From an uncultured Candidatus Saccharibacteria bacterium (lineage in GTDB: Bacteria; Patescibacteriota; Minisyncoccia; Phycocordibacterales; UBA9973), in NCBI GenBank assembly GCA_964571085.1, contig CAZMZT010000004.1, positions 1 through 58,140 of the forward strand: a stretch of DNA of 58,140 nucleotides. Direction: 5' to 3'. The notes beneath the pieces were generated by a model that searched no databases, was not told the origin of the DNA, and saw only the letters and a program-made list of their open reading frames with translations. Numbering within the stretch: the stretch's first letter is position 1; the number at the start of each line of letters is the position of its first letter. Made by a program: the position numbers and the translations under genes. Shown here in pieces: positions 34,402 to 43,953 of this stretch.

Positions 34402-37379
34402 AAATCATCCTTGTCTATTTCTTGCATAATCTTATCTGTTTCAAATAGAACTTTTATTATCTTTTGATAATGCTCAATTTCTTCGTGAGTTAATTGATTA
34501 CCTTTTCTATCTTTTAAATATTTTTGTGCTGGCTGATAGCCTCCTATATAGAAATTCCAAGAAATCTCTGGAACATCCTCGAAATATTGAGAGTCATTTA
34601 TATAGACATTCCCATCTTTATACTTAACCTTATCAACTATATTTCCGCCTGGTATCGAATATTTTGTGATTAATTTTTCACATTCAGGATCTATCATCAA
34701 GTGTAATTCTCTGAGTTTATTACCTAGCCTAACTAACATTTCAAAATGTTTTTTGTCTTTAGGGTATGGAACTCGAGGAAAATCAATTTTTAGAAACTCC
34801 TTATAAGTTTCTCGATACTTAGGGGAATGCAGAACTGCATATATATAGTCGAAAATATTTTCTGGCGTTACTTCACCCACCACATTATTTATTTGTCTCC
34901 ACATCTCTTTATTTAGATTTGGTATTATTTTGTCATTTTTATGTATATAAAGAGGTGCAACATAAGATCTAGCTCCGGTTAAATGGCCATCAGATAAATT
35001 CTTAGAAATAAAAACTGAAACAGAGGCGTCCATCATGGGCACTATTTTTTCAAATATAAGGGATATATTTTCATTTTTTAAATGTTGCATAACAGCTAAT
35101 CTGGGTCTGCCAACAAATTTTTTATTATAATAAATATTCTTTATGTCAAAAGGTCTATAGGCAATAGATCTTACAAATTCTTCTTCGGGCTCTAATTTAT
35201 AATTTTCCTTTACTTGTTGTAATAATATATTTACATTGCTATTTATTAAAACTTCATCTTTGGATGAAGTAACCCCGACACTATTAACTGGAAACATTTC
35301 TGCTATAGAAAAACCTTTTTTATATTTTTCTTTTCCTTCTCCTTCAAGAACCCAGACATCATGTTCGTCAGGAAGTTCAACCCATTTTATAGTGTTAAAA
35401 ATATAATTATCTAGTTTTTCAAATTTCTCTTGACGTAATCCATATAAATCAGATTTATAAACAGTTGCTAATTTTTTATTCTTTAAATCAGATTTTTTAA
35501 AACCTAAAATAATAGAAACGCCCGTCATGATATCAAAGACATTATCATCCTTACTACCACTTGGAGTTACTTCTTTTTTTCTTGAATTTCCATGTAAATC
35601 TAAAATGTATATTTTAGTGAAAGTATTCCTTAAATGCCAACGCATTCCTCTAAATGTTGAATTATTTATATACCCATGTGCAGTAATCATACCCAGAATT
35701 CCCTCTTCATTTTTTTCTATTAGATCTTCAGCAAATCGTATAAATTTTACGTAGTCATCATTCAACATTTTGCTATTTTTTTCTTTTAACTTCATATTAC
35801 CCCCTGGTTCCACTTTATATACATCCTGACTTATATAGTCAGGATTCATAGATTGAACTGAGTATGGTGGATTACCTATTACACACATTATCGGATATTC
35901 AGACTTAATTTTTGATGCACTTTTTCTCTCTTCTACAATACTTTCCATAACTCCGAACATGCTTGGTTGAATCTCAATAAGTGCTGGTGCTTCCAGAGTA
36001 TTTGTAAGATACACACCAATACGTTTATCCAGATCTTTGACTCCAGTATCGTGCAAAGTCATACCGAGTTTTAAATGAGCAATTGTGTAAGAAGCCATCA
36101 TTAATTCAAAACCATGTAAACGTGGCAATAAATCATTCTCTACATAGGATTGCCAGCTACCTTCCTGGTCTTTAAAGTTTTGATATACTTTATGTATCAC
36201 TTCATTTAAGAATGTTCCAGTACCTGTTGCAATATCAAGCACTTGAACTTTATGGTATTCTACAGGAACTTTTATTTCCTTACCTTTTGCATCTTTGCCT
36301 ATTTTATCTTTCTTTATTTTAGTAGTATCAGCTAAACCTTTTGTTAATCCAAATTCACTTTTTAAAATATCATCCACTGCACGGACAATGAATTGGACCA
36401 CTGGGCGAGGTGTATAGAAAACACCCATTTCCATTTTTTTCTTTGCATCATATTCCTTTAAAAAATCTTCATAAAAATGAATCACGGGGTCTTTATTTTC
36501 TTTTTCTTTACCATAAAAATCACTCAGTAATTTTTCTACATCTGCATGTTGGAACACTTCACATAATTCATCTACAATATATTTAAGTTGATCAGGAAAA
36601 GTATTACCAGTAATATGATCAAAGAAAGATCGTAAGAACGGATTAGATTTTGGTACTAAATCACGAGCTTCTATTCGAGAAAAATTTTCAGGTGTTTTGT
36701 CGTTATATCTCGCTACAAAAAGTCCGTATACCAAAGTCTGAGCGTACATATCTGCAAATGTTTTATCGTCAAGATTGGCAATTAAGTTTTGTTTTACAAC
36801 ATCAAGTATCTTAAATAAATCAGAGGAGCTCTCCTTTCTACTCTGAATCATATATGAAACATTCTCTCTAATACGTTGAGCTTTACCTCCCATAATACGA
36901 GCAAGTTGTATCCCACTTTTTATAGACTCCTTATGCGAAGAAACGAAATCCTGAATTGTTTTTGTTAAATGCTTAGAATTATCTTCTCTGATTTTTATAT
37001 ACTTATTGTTTTTGTCTATATCACCAAGACTAATTTCCTCATTATATTTTTGACCATTCCTAAATAAACGAAAATTTACATAATCACTAATTATTAGATT
37101 GTCATAACCAAAGTATCTATCAGCTTGTTCTGATTTTTCAACCTTATCTAAACTCTCTCCAACCTTTTTAACTTCTATATATAAAACAGGGACTCTACCT
37201 TTTAAAATAACGAAGTCCGGTTTATTGCCATTAATTGCTCTCTGGTCCTGTTGAGTAAGATATCCCTTTTCTTTAGGAAAAATCTCTTTTAAATAGTTTT
37301 CAAAAGAAGTGCGATATGAGTGCTCGGAGCTATTTTCATCCTGAAAATATGATTGAATTTCAGATAAGTACTTATCCAT
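34398..37379 (-). CDS. single-polypeptide restriction-modification enzyme (Type IIG/IIL-like: PD-ExK nuclease + gamma-class N6-adenine methyltransferase + specificity domain)
   Basis: N-terminus KPDFVILKG..VLYIEVKK (PD...ExK). Motif I VLDIATGTGTF and motif IV VIGNPPYS. C-terminus WNFYIGGYQPAQKYLKDRKG..L..EEIEHYQKII, resembling the Type ISP/YeeA-like C-terminal domain. Very AT-rich. Confidence 0.85.
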   Translation of the reverse strand: MDKYLSEIQSYFQDENSSEHSYRTSFENYLKEIFPKEKGYLTQQDQRAINGNKPDFVILKGRVPVLYIEVKKVGESLDKVEKSEQADRYFGYDNLIISDYVNFRLFRNGQKYNEEISLGDIDKNNKYIKIREDNSKHLTKTIQDFVSSHKESIKSGIQLARIMGGKAQRIRENVSYMIQSRKESSSDLFKILDVVKQNLIANLDDKTFADMYAQTLVYGLFVARYNDKTPENFSRIEARDLVPKSNPFLRSFFDHITGNTFPDQLKYIVDELCEVFQHADVEKLLSDFYGKEKENKDPVIHFYEDFLKEYDAKKKMEMGVFYTPRPVVQFIVRAVDDILKSEFGLTKGLADTTKIKKDKIGKDAKGKEIKVPVEYHKVQVLDIATGTGTFLNEVIHKVYQNFKDQEGSWQSYVENDLLPRLHGFELMMASYTIAHLKLGMTLHDTGVKDLDKRIGVYLTNTLEAPALIEIQPSMFGVMESIVEERKSASKIKSEYPIMCVIGNPPYSVQSMNPDYISQDVYKVEPGGNMKLKEKNSKMLNDDYVKFIRFAEDLIEKNEEGILGMITAHGYINNSTFRGMRWHLRNTFTKIYILDLHGNSRKKEVTPSGSKDDNVFDIMTGVSIILGFKKSDLKNKKLATVYKSDLYGLRQEKFEKLDNYIFNTIKWVELPDEHDVWVLEGEGKEKYKKGFSIAEMFPVNSVGVTSSKDEVLINSNVNILLQQVKENYKLEPEEEFVRSIAYRPFDIKNIYYNKKFVGRPRLAVMQHLKNENISLIFEKIVPMMDASVSVFISKNLSDGHLTGARSYVAPLYIHKNDKIIPNLNKEMWRQINNVVGEVTPENIFDYIYAVLHSPKYRETYKEFLKIDFPRVPYPKDKKHFEMLVRLGNKLRELHLMIDPECEKLITKYSIPGGNIVDKVKYKDGNVYINDSQYFEDVPEISWNFYIGGYQPAQKYLKDRKGNQLTHEEIEHYQKIIKVLFETDKIMQEIDKDDL

Positions 37380-37387
37380 ACCTGAAA

Positions 37388-37416
37388 ATTATCCCATATT
37401 TTAAATAGATTTTCAA
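37388..37416 (-). promoter_or_regulatory. promoter TTGAAA-17-GATAAT for the R-M gene
   Basis: Fits inside the 40-bp murF/R-M gap. The -10 ends 8 nt before the ATG. Confidence 0.5.
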
Positions 37417-37419
37417 TCT

Positions 37420-38718
37420 CTACCTATTCTCCCACTGTTTTTCTTGCCTGCATAGGAGCTTTGGAGCGTCTTCGGGGTGGGCCATTATAGAGGCTACAGC
37501 GCGCTCGAGGCGGACGCCTTGCGAGCCTTTCAGGAGCACTATATCCCCTTCTTTTATGGCTCCAGTGAGGAACTCGGCTGTTTGGCGAGCGTTGTCAAAA
37601 CTAAAAATATTTTTCTTGGGGAACTTCTTGCTTATGGCGCCTTCGGCTATAGACTTGGCTCTAGGCCCCACAACGATGAGCATGTCTGCAGAGCCTTTGA
37701 CTTGCTCGCCTATGGCTCTGTGAGCTTCCTCGGTGTACTTGCCGAGTTCGAGCATGTCGCCTAGGACGGCTATCTTCCTACTGCCTTGTACTTCTTTGAG
37801 GACTTCGAGTGCGGCCTCCATAGCTACAGGAGATGCATTGTAAGTGTCGTCGATGAGTGTGGAGTGGTTGATGCCTTCGATGAGTGTCAGTCTGCCACGA
37901 GGAGTAGTGAAGCCACTGACAGCATTGATAGCAGTCAGCAAGTCACAGCCTACCTCGTGAGCACTGGCGATAGCAGATAGTGCTTGGCCAACATAGTGCA
38001 TGCCTACCACATGAGGGAGCATCACTGGGAAAGTGTTGCCACCATAGGCGAGCTTGAAGTTGATGCCGGTCGGGATAGTAGCGTCGCCAACTTTGGCGTA
38101 AGTATATGTAGCGTGTGTAGCTCGGTAAGTAGCGTTCTCGTGCATGCCGTATGACACCATGCGACTCTTGGATTTCGTATGGAGAGCGTAGACCTTCTCG
38201 TCATCATGATTGAGTATCAGCACGCCGGTGGGCTTGAGAGCAAATGCGAGGGCACTCTTCTCCTCTATAATCCTCTCGGCAGTGCCAAAGAACTCCACAT
38301 GCACTGGCTTATCTGGGAATCGAGTGATGACTACGACATCGGGCCGGAGCCATGGGGTGACGCTCTTGATGTCGCCAGGCTTGCCAGCACCCACCTCGAG
38401 CACGAGCCACTCGGGGTATGACTTATGACGGAGTATAGTCAGGAATCCTTTGAAGATGTTCTCAAGCCACATGAATGGATTGTTCCATCCGTTGGGAAGG
38501 CCGAGGATAGTGAGCGGGAGTCCGATCTCGCTGTTGAAGCTCTTCTCGCTCTTGCGAACTGTTTTGAATTTCGAGAGCACGGTAAAGATAGCATCCTTGG
38601 CGGAAGTTTTGCCGACAGAGCCAGTGATGGCGATGATCTTCGGACGATGACGCACGAGCACTATCCGTGCTTGCCATGTGAGAACTTTAACTACGATTTT
38701 TTTAAGAGTGGTTTTCAT
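37420..38718 (-). CDS. murF: UDP-N-acetylmuramoyl-tripeptide--D-alanyl-D-alanine ligase
   Basis: ITGSVGKTS P-loop, Mur ligase blocks, and position after ftsI. Confidence 0.92.
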   Translation of the reverse strand: MKTTLKKIVVKVLTWQARIVLVRHRPKIIAITGSVGKTSAKDAIFTVLSKFKTVRKSEKSFNSEIGLPLTILGLPNGWNNPFMWLENIFKGFLTILRHKSYPEWLVLEVGAGKPGDIKSVTPWLRPDVVVITRFPDKPVHVEFFGTAERIIEEKSALAFALKPTGVLILNHDDEKVYALHTKSKSRMVSYGMHENATYRATHATYTYAKVGDATIPTGINFKLAYGGNTFPVMLPHVVGMHYVGQALSAIASAHEVGCDLLTAINAVSGFTTPRGRLTLIEGINHSTLIDDTYNASPVAMEAALEVLKEVQGSRKIAVLGDMLELGKYTEEAHRAIGEQVKGSADMLIVVGPRAKSIAEGAISKKFPKKNIFSFDNARQTAEFLTGAIKEGDIVLLKGSQGVRLERAVASIMAHPEDAPKLLCRQEKQWENR

Positions 38719-38721
38719 ATA

Positions 38722-40431
38722 TTATCGATCAGGTGGGACATTGTAATAGTTGAGCAGGAACTTGGTGATGTTTATAAACGGTGGGATCAGAGTTTCAGAA
38801 GCGTAGCGGACTTGCTTGGGATTCTTCAAGAACATAAACACTAGGAACTTGGGTTCATAAGCTGGGAAGTACCCAAAGAACGAGTGCAAGTGCCGGTCTG
38901 TATAATACCCTTTTCCGTTATCCATGGCCACCTGAGCTGTACCAGTCTTGGTGCCTATGCTGTAGCGAGCCATCTTGTGCTTGCCACTGTCATAAGCCTC
39001 GAACACGTGTGTGAGCATACGGCTAATGGTCACAGATGTCTCCGGCTTTATTATACCCTCTCTGGTCACTGGGTAGGTAGGGATAGTGGATGAGCCGTCG
39101 TCATAGCGTATCTGCTTGACTAGGTGCGGAGTTATGAGCTTGCCACCATTGGCAATAGCAGAGAACGCTCGTGCAGCCTCTATAGGTGTCAGAGCGATAC
39201 CCTGCCCGAAGGAAGCGTTGGCGTACTCGATGTCACGAGGACTGTCGAGGTTCTTGATAAGGCCTGAGGTTTCGTTCGGCAGGTCGATACCGGTCTTCTC
39301 GCCTATGCCGTATGACTTCATGTATGTGCGGAACTTGTCATGGCCGAGCTTGTTCTCGACAAAGACCATCCCAGTGTTGAGCGACTGGTCGAGGACTGTC
39401 TGCATAGATGCAAGTCCACGAGCCTTCATGTCGAAGTTGTTGATCTCTTTCTTGTTGACTATGACTATGCCCTTGTCGACATAAGTAGTCTCGGGTGTAA
39501 CCACGCCTGCATCTAGTGCCGCAGCCATAACTAGGGGCTTGATGACAGAGCCAAATTCGAAAACGTTCTCGACTATTGGGTTCCTGTATACACCTGGGTT
39601 GTCGACATCGCCGAAATTATTGACGTCAAAGTCTGGGACTCCGGCCATAGCGTATATCTCCCCTGTTTGTGGGTTGATGATGATGCCACCGGCTTGGTCA
39701 GCATTCCATTTGCCAAGTGCAGAGAGTAGCTCGGACTCGAGTGTGTGCTGTGTAGCTGGCTCGATAGTGGTGACTATCTCGCCTTGGGTTGTGTTCTCCT
39801 TGCCATTGTCGCGAAGGTTCGAGAAGACTTCTGCAAAAAAGTTTACATAGACTTCATCTTTGGGTTTCGACAATGTGTTGTTGTAGTACCTCTCGAGTCC
39901 GTACTGGCCGACACGGTCGTTGCCTTTGAAAGCTAGGAATCCAAGTGTATGCGAAGCGAGGTTACCTCCGGGATAGAACCGCCAGTTGTCTTTGTATATG
40001 GATATACCTGGAAGCTTGAGAGCCTCGATCTCGGTGACTTGCTCTTTGGTCAGATGTACAGCGACCTCCTCATATGGGTCGTTCTTCTTGCTGGCTTTAG
40101 CCACAAATGTATCGTGATCCATCTCGGTGTATGGATCAAGTGCAGTAAATGTGGCCTCGATGTCTAGAACTTCTTTGGGTTTGATAGCGACCTTGAACCC
40201 AGACGACACAGCAGCGGCGGCTACCAGAGTACCGTCCTTCTTAGAAAAGAATATTGATCCACGATTGAAAATGTCACCAGCGGGAGTGGCGTACTGTTTG
40301 TCGGCTTTCTCTAGGTATGAATTCCTATGAATGACCTGAACGTAAAATAACTTGGCTATGAGTATAAAAGCAAAAAAAAGGATAGTAATAGATACAATCC
40401 TTATTCGTGGCTGGAACATAGACTTGCTCAT
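38722..40431 (-). CDS. ftsI: penicillin-binding protein (class B transpeptidase, FtsI-like)
   Basis: SVIK (SxxK), SLN (SxN), KTGTA; N-terminal anchor; dcw position. Confidence 0.9.
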   Translation of the reverse strand: MSKSMFQPRIRIVSITILFFAFILIAKLFYVQVIHRNSYLEKADKQYATPAGDIFNRGSIFFSKKDGTLVAAAAVSSGFKVAIKPKEVLDIEATFTALDPYTEMDHDTFVAKASKKNDPYEEVAVHLTKEQVTEIEALKLPGISIYKDNWRFYPGGNLASHTLGFLAFKGNDRVGQYGLERYYNNTLSKPKDEVYVNFFAEVFSNLRDNGKENTTQGEIVTTIEPATQHTLESELLSALGKWNADQAGGIIINPQTGEIYAMAGVPDFDVNNFGDVDNPGVYRNPIVENVFEFGSVIKPLVMAAALDAGVVTPETTYVDKGIVIVNKKEINNFDMKARGLASMQTVLDQSLNTGMVFVENKLGHDKFRTYMKSYGIGEKTGIDLPNETSGLIKNLDSPRDIEYANASFGQGIALTPIEAARAFSAIANGGKLITPHLVKQIRYDDGSSTIPTYPVTREGIIKPETSVTISRMLTHVFEAYDSGKHKMARYSIGTKTGTAQVAMDNGKGYYTDRHLHSFFGYFPAYEPKFLVFMFLKNPKQVRYASETLIPPFINITKFLLNYYNVPPDR

Positions 40432-40757
40432 TAGCGGAGAGCAACACGAGGAGCTGTACGTGTAGCAAAAATGTTCTGGTTTGTATCGACGAAGCCTTTA
40501 GACAGAGCGTAAGCCTTGTCTATGTTGTTGGTACTTGCTAGGTACTGGAGTTCGAGTTCACTGACTCTACTGCCAGTAGTGCGAGAAGTAGCCTCTAGGG
40601 ATTTGCGAGCCAAGACATTGAAAGTGATAGAACCAATAAGGTAAACATAGACAACAGAGAGAGCAATAAGCAAGCCAACAAATACTTTCAGTAGTGTGTG
40701 CTGTGTGTCGCGGTTGTAGGCTATATTGGTAGTGATTGCTTTTGCTTTATTTTTCAT
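40431..40757 (-). CDS. FtsL-position single-pass membrane protein
   Basis: 108 aa with one TM helix, between rsmH and ftsI, with overlapping stop and start codons. Confidence 0.6.
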   Translation of the reverse strand: MKNKAKAITTNIAYNRDTQHTLLKVFVGLLIALSVVYVYLIGSITFNVLARKSLEATSRTTGSRVSELELQYLASTNNIDKAYALSKGFVDTNQNIFATRTAPRVALR

Positions 40758-41658
40758 GTTTTTCTATGATTCTTAGTTTTGCGCTACGTGAGCGCGGGTT
40801 ATTAATAAGTTCTTCGCTTGATGGTGCTATTGGTTTTTTGGTAATGATGTTTGCATATCCCTTTTGTTTTAAATCTACGAATGCCCTTTTGACTATGCGG
40901 TCCTCGAGACTATGGAATGAGATGATCGACATGCGTCCTCCGACTGACAACCTGTTGAAACCTTTCTCGATAACTTGCTCTAGGTTGGTGAGCTCGCTGT
41001 TCGTGGCTATGCGGAGTGCTTGGAATGTGCGAGTAGCGGGGTGGATCTTCATGCCTCTATAATTCCTGCCTACTGCATCATCGATAATCTGGACTAGGTC
41101 AAAGGTGGTCTTGATGTGTTTATCCTTGCGGGCAATTACGATGGCCTTGGCGATCTTCCTAGAGTACTTCTCCTCTCCAAATCCGTAGATGATGTCTGCT
41201 AGTGTCTGTTCCTCCCAAGTGTTCACGATGTCCTCTGCAGTCAGGTCACTTTCTGTCGGATTCTTCTTCATAGTCATCAGGAGTGGTTCGTCTTTCATGA
41301 AAGAGAATCCTCTGCCTGCGACCTCGAGCTGGAACGAACTGATACCAAGGTCAAGCAGTATGCGGTCCACGTGCGGGATGTTGAGTTCGTCTAGAACTTT
41401 GTCTATGTCCTGGAAGCCTGCTGTGCGAAAGACTACGTCGTGAGGTAGCTCACCAATAAGAGCCTTTGCACGGCCGATAGCATCAGCATCGAGGTCAAAT
41501 GCGATAACCTTGACCCCACTACCAAACCGTCGGAGTATCTCGAAAGTATGTCCACCACCACCGAGAGTGCCGTCGATGACGATGTCGCCCGAACGGATGT
41601 TTAGTCCATCGATTGATTCATCTCGTAATACGGGTATATGCGTCATATTAAAGAACAC
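40747..41658 (-). CDS. rsmH: 16S rRNA (cytosine1402-N4)-methyltransferase
   Basis: HIPVLRDESI...IDGTLGGGGHT...DLGISSFQL. Confidence 0.95.
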   Translation of the reverse strand: MFFNMTHIPVLRDESIDGLNIRSGDIVIDGTLGGGGHTFEILRRFGSGVKVIAFDLDADAIGRAKALIGELPHDVVFRTAGFQDIDKVLDELNIPHVDRILLDLGISSFQLEVAGRGFSFMKDEPLLMTMKKNPTESDLTAEDIVNTWEEQTLADIIYGFGEEKYSRKIAKAIVIARKDKHIKTTFDLVQIIDDAVGRNYRGMKIHPATRTFQALRIATNSELTNLEQVIEKGFNRLSVGGRMSIISFHSLEDRIVKRAFVDLKQKGYANIITKKPIAPSSEELINNPRSRSAKLRIIEKHEK

Positions 41659-42082
41659 CCACCTGCCCTAGTTTCTCTGCGAGGGCGTCTGCCTGTCCGT
41701 CTACAACCTTTTTGTAGTCATTCCATGACTTCTCGTTCCAGATCTCTGCGCGGTTCTGTACTCCGATCACTATCACCTTGTTCCCGAGTCCTGAGCGGTT
41801 CTTCAAATTTTCCGGGATCAATATTCGTCCGTTGCCGTCGACATCGACGATAACTGCTTGACCAAACATAAATCTCGAGAAACTTCTGTTGTCACTTGCA
41901 AGCATGGATGAGTCTGAAAGCTTGCTGGAAATCTTTTCCCACTCTTTCGTGGTGAAGATTGAGAGACAGTTGTCGAGCCCTGGTGCAACTACAACACTCT
42001 TACCCATTTCCTTGCGGAATTTTACCGGCAGTGACATGCGGTTCTTGTCGTCGAGAGTGTGGTTGTATTCGCCGATGAGCAT
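41648..42082 (-). CDS. mraZ: transcriptional regulator MraZ
   Basis: GEYNHTLDDKNRMSLP and a second DGNGRILIP repeat. Confidence 0.95.
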   Translation of the reverse strand: MLIGEYNHTLDDKNRMSLPVKFRKEMGKSVVVAPGLDNCLSIFTTKEWEKISSKLSDSSMLASDNRSFSRFMFGQAVIVDVDGNGRILIPENLKNRSGLGNKVIVIGVQNRAEIWNEKSWNDYKKVVDGQADALAEKLGQVGVL

Positions 42083-42132
42083 AATGATTTTAGTTAAGTA
42101 AGATAAGGGTATTTTTAGTAAAAACTAATTTT

Positions 42133-42198
42133 CCCACAATATCCCACTTCACTTAATTATAAACCACTTTATCCCACAATACAAACCCAATCCCCCAC
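42133..42198 (-). promoter_or_regulatory. array of GTGGG (MraZ-box-like) direct repeats around the mraZ promoter
   Basis: CCCAC on the plus strand at 42133, 42143, 42173 and 42194, plus a degenerate ACCAC at 42163. Spacing is 10, 20 (10+10 counting the degenerate box), 10 and 21 nt. Putative promoter TTGTAT(42179-42184)-17-TATAAT(42156-42161) on the minus strand. Confidence 0.6.
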
Positions 42199-42204
42199 TT
42201 AAAC

Positions 42205-42213
42205 TGTGGATAA
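42205..42213 (-). promoter_or_regulatory. perfect DnaA box (TGTGGATAA on plus strand)
   Basis: Exact 9-mer between the mraZ promoter and the divergent plus-strand promoter. Confidence 0.45.
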
Positions 42214-42264
42214 CATGCATAGTTACTTATTTGACATAAAAAATATATGTGATAATATAGAGAA

Positions 42265-42452
42265 CATAACAGTAACATTGTTCTTTTATAGTTTCAAGCA
42301 CTAAGACTTGGGGCTAGGGTTTGAGATAAGGAATACTTGTGCCGATTGTCCTCTTTCAGGCATTGAAAAAACTTATTCCCGAAAACCTTATAGGAATCGA
42401 TAACCCGCAAAAGAACAAGGCCACCGTCATAACGTGAAGGTGGCTTTTTATT
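42265..42452 (+). ncRNA. candidate ~190-nt structured small RNA
   Basis: Strong promoter TTGACA(42231-42236)-16-TGATAATAT(42250-42258). 10-bp long-range helix TTGTTCTTTT (42278-42287) / AAAAGAACAA (42409-42418). Terminator GCCACC...GGTGGC plus TTTTTATTTTT (42420-42456). No ORF and no plus-strand gene downstream. Confidence 0.45.
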
Positions 42453-42461
42453 TTTATATAA

Positions 42462-43949
42462 TTATTCTCTTGGTCTCATTATCGGGAAGAAGATAACATC
42501 ACGACAGTTTTTCTGATTTGTCAGTATGGCTACTAGTCTGTCTATGCCCATTCCAAAGCCTGTCATTGGTGGCATGCCGTGCTCCATGGCTGTGAGGAAT
42601 CGTTCATCGAGCTCCATAGCTTCTTTGTCACCTCCCTCTTTAGCCTTTGACTGAGACTCGAGGAGTGCACGCTGGACTGTAGGGTCTACAAGTTCTGCAT
42701 ACTGATTCGTAATCTCTGCGCCAGCGATGATGAGCTGAGCTACCTGGGCAGTACCATCAGGGTTCTGCTGTGCGAGTGGTTTCAAGTCACCTGGGAAGTT
42801 GGTAACGAATGTAGGATTGATGATCTTGGCACGAGATGATCGTTTGTAAATGTAGTCGAGCAAGTTGCCACGGCCTGTAACTTTGGCTTCATCTTCTGGC
42901 ATACCCCACTTCACTGCCTCAGTGCGAGATTCTTCGAGTGTGATAGTAGTGATGTCGATGCCGGCATCATCGCGAAGTAGATCAGCAAATGAAACACGTG
43001 GCCAAACTCCGTCGAAGTTTACTTCCTGACTCTCGCCTTCTTTGTCATAAACTGTGAAAGTTGTTTTGTTTAGGATACTAGTTGCTAGATGCTTGAGCAT
43101 GTCCTCTGTCCAAGTCATGTTGGTCTCGAGAGTGTTGTATGCAGAGTACCACTCTATCATGGTGAATTCCTGGATGTGGGTCGGGTCAGAGCCTTCGTTG
43201 CGGAACATCTTGCCTATCTCATATATCGAGTGATAGCCACCCACCATTATCATCTTGTGATCGAGCTCGACAGCAATGCGTAGAACCATAGGCATGTCGT
43301 AATCGTTGTGGTGAGTCTCGAACACGCGAGCCATAGCACCACCGGCTTGGTTCTGGAGTATTGGTGTCTCTATCTCAAGGAAGTCTTTCTTGTCTAAGAA
43401 TTCACGGATACCTTTTATGACTTTGGAGCGTATCACAAAACGATCGTAGACTTCGTGGTCCATTATCATATCGAGGTATCTCTTGCGGTAAGTCTCCTCC
43501 ACGTCTTGGAGGCCGTGCCATTTGTCTGGGAGTGGAAGTAATGCCTTGGTACCCATCTGCCAACTTTGTATGAGTATGCTTTGCTCACCACGGTCTGTAG
43601 TAAACAGTGAGCCTGTGACAGAGATGAAGTCGCCGTTGTCGACAGTGTCCACAAACAGAGAAAATACGTCTTCGGGTAGTACGTCTTTCTTGAGAACTGC
43701 TTGGAGTCGGTCCTTGCCATCCTGGATGACTATGAAGAGTATCTTGCCTTGACCACGGACCACCATGACACGGCCAGCTACGGAGATGGGTGTGGTTTCA
43801 GAAGCCGGAGCAAAAGAATCAAAAGAATCCTTTACCTCTCTTATAGAGTAGTCGCGAGGCAAAAAGCCCGGGTATGGATTCATCCCAGATGCTTTTAGCT
43901 TTTCTATTTTTGCGATACGAGCGGAGCGTAGTTCTTCGATGGATGCCAT
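42462..43949 (-). CDS. lysS: lysyl-tRNA synthetase (class II)
   Basis: OB-fold N-terminus plus class II motifs (FLEIETPIL, FRNEG, GMGIDRL). Start taken at MASIEEL. Confidence 0.95.
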   Translation of the reverse strand: MASIEELRSARIAKIEKLKASGMNPYPGFLPRDYSIREVKDSFDSFAPASETTPISVAGRVMVVRGQGKILFIVIQDGKDRLQAVLKKDVLPEDVFSLFVDTVDNGDFISVTGSLFTTDRGEQSILIQSWQMGTKALLPLPDKWHGLQDVEETYRKRYLDMIMDHEVYDRFVIRSKVIKGIREFLDKKDFLEIETPILQNQAGGAMARVFETHHNDYDMPMVLRIAVELDHKMIMVGGYHSIYEIGKMFRNEGSDPTHIQEFTMIEWYSAYNTLETNMTWTEDMLKHLATSILNKTTFTVYDKEGESQEVNFDGVWPRVSFADLLRDDAGIDITTITLEESRTEAVKWGMPEDEAKVTGRGNLLDYIYKRSSRAKIINPTFVTNFPGDLKPLAQQNPDGTAQVAQLIIAGAEITNQYAELVDPTVQRALLESQSKAKEGGDKEAMELDERFLTAMEHGMPPMTGFGMGIDRLVAILTNQKNCRDVIFFPIMRPRE

Positions 43950-43953
43950 ACAC

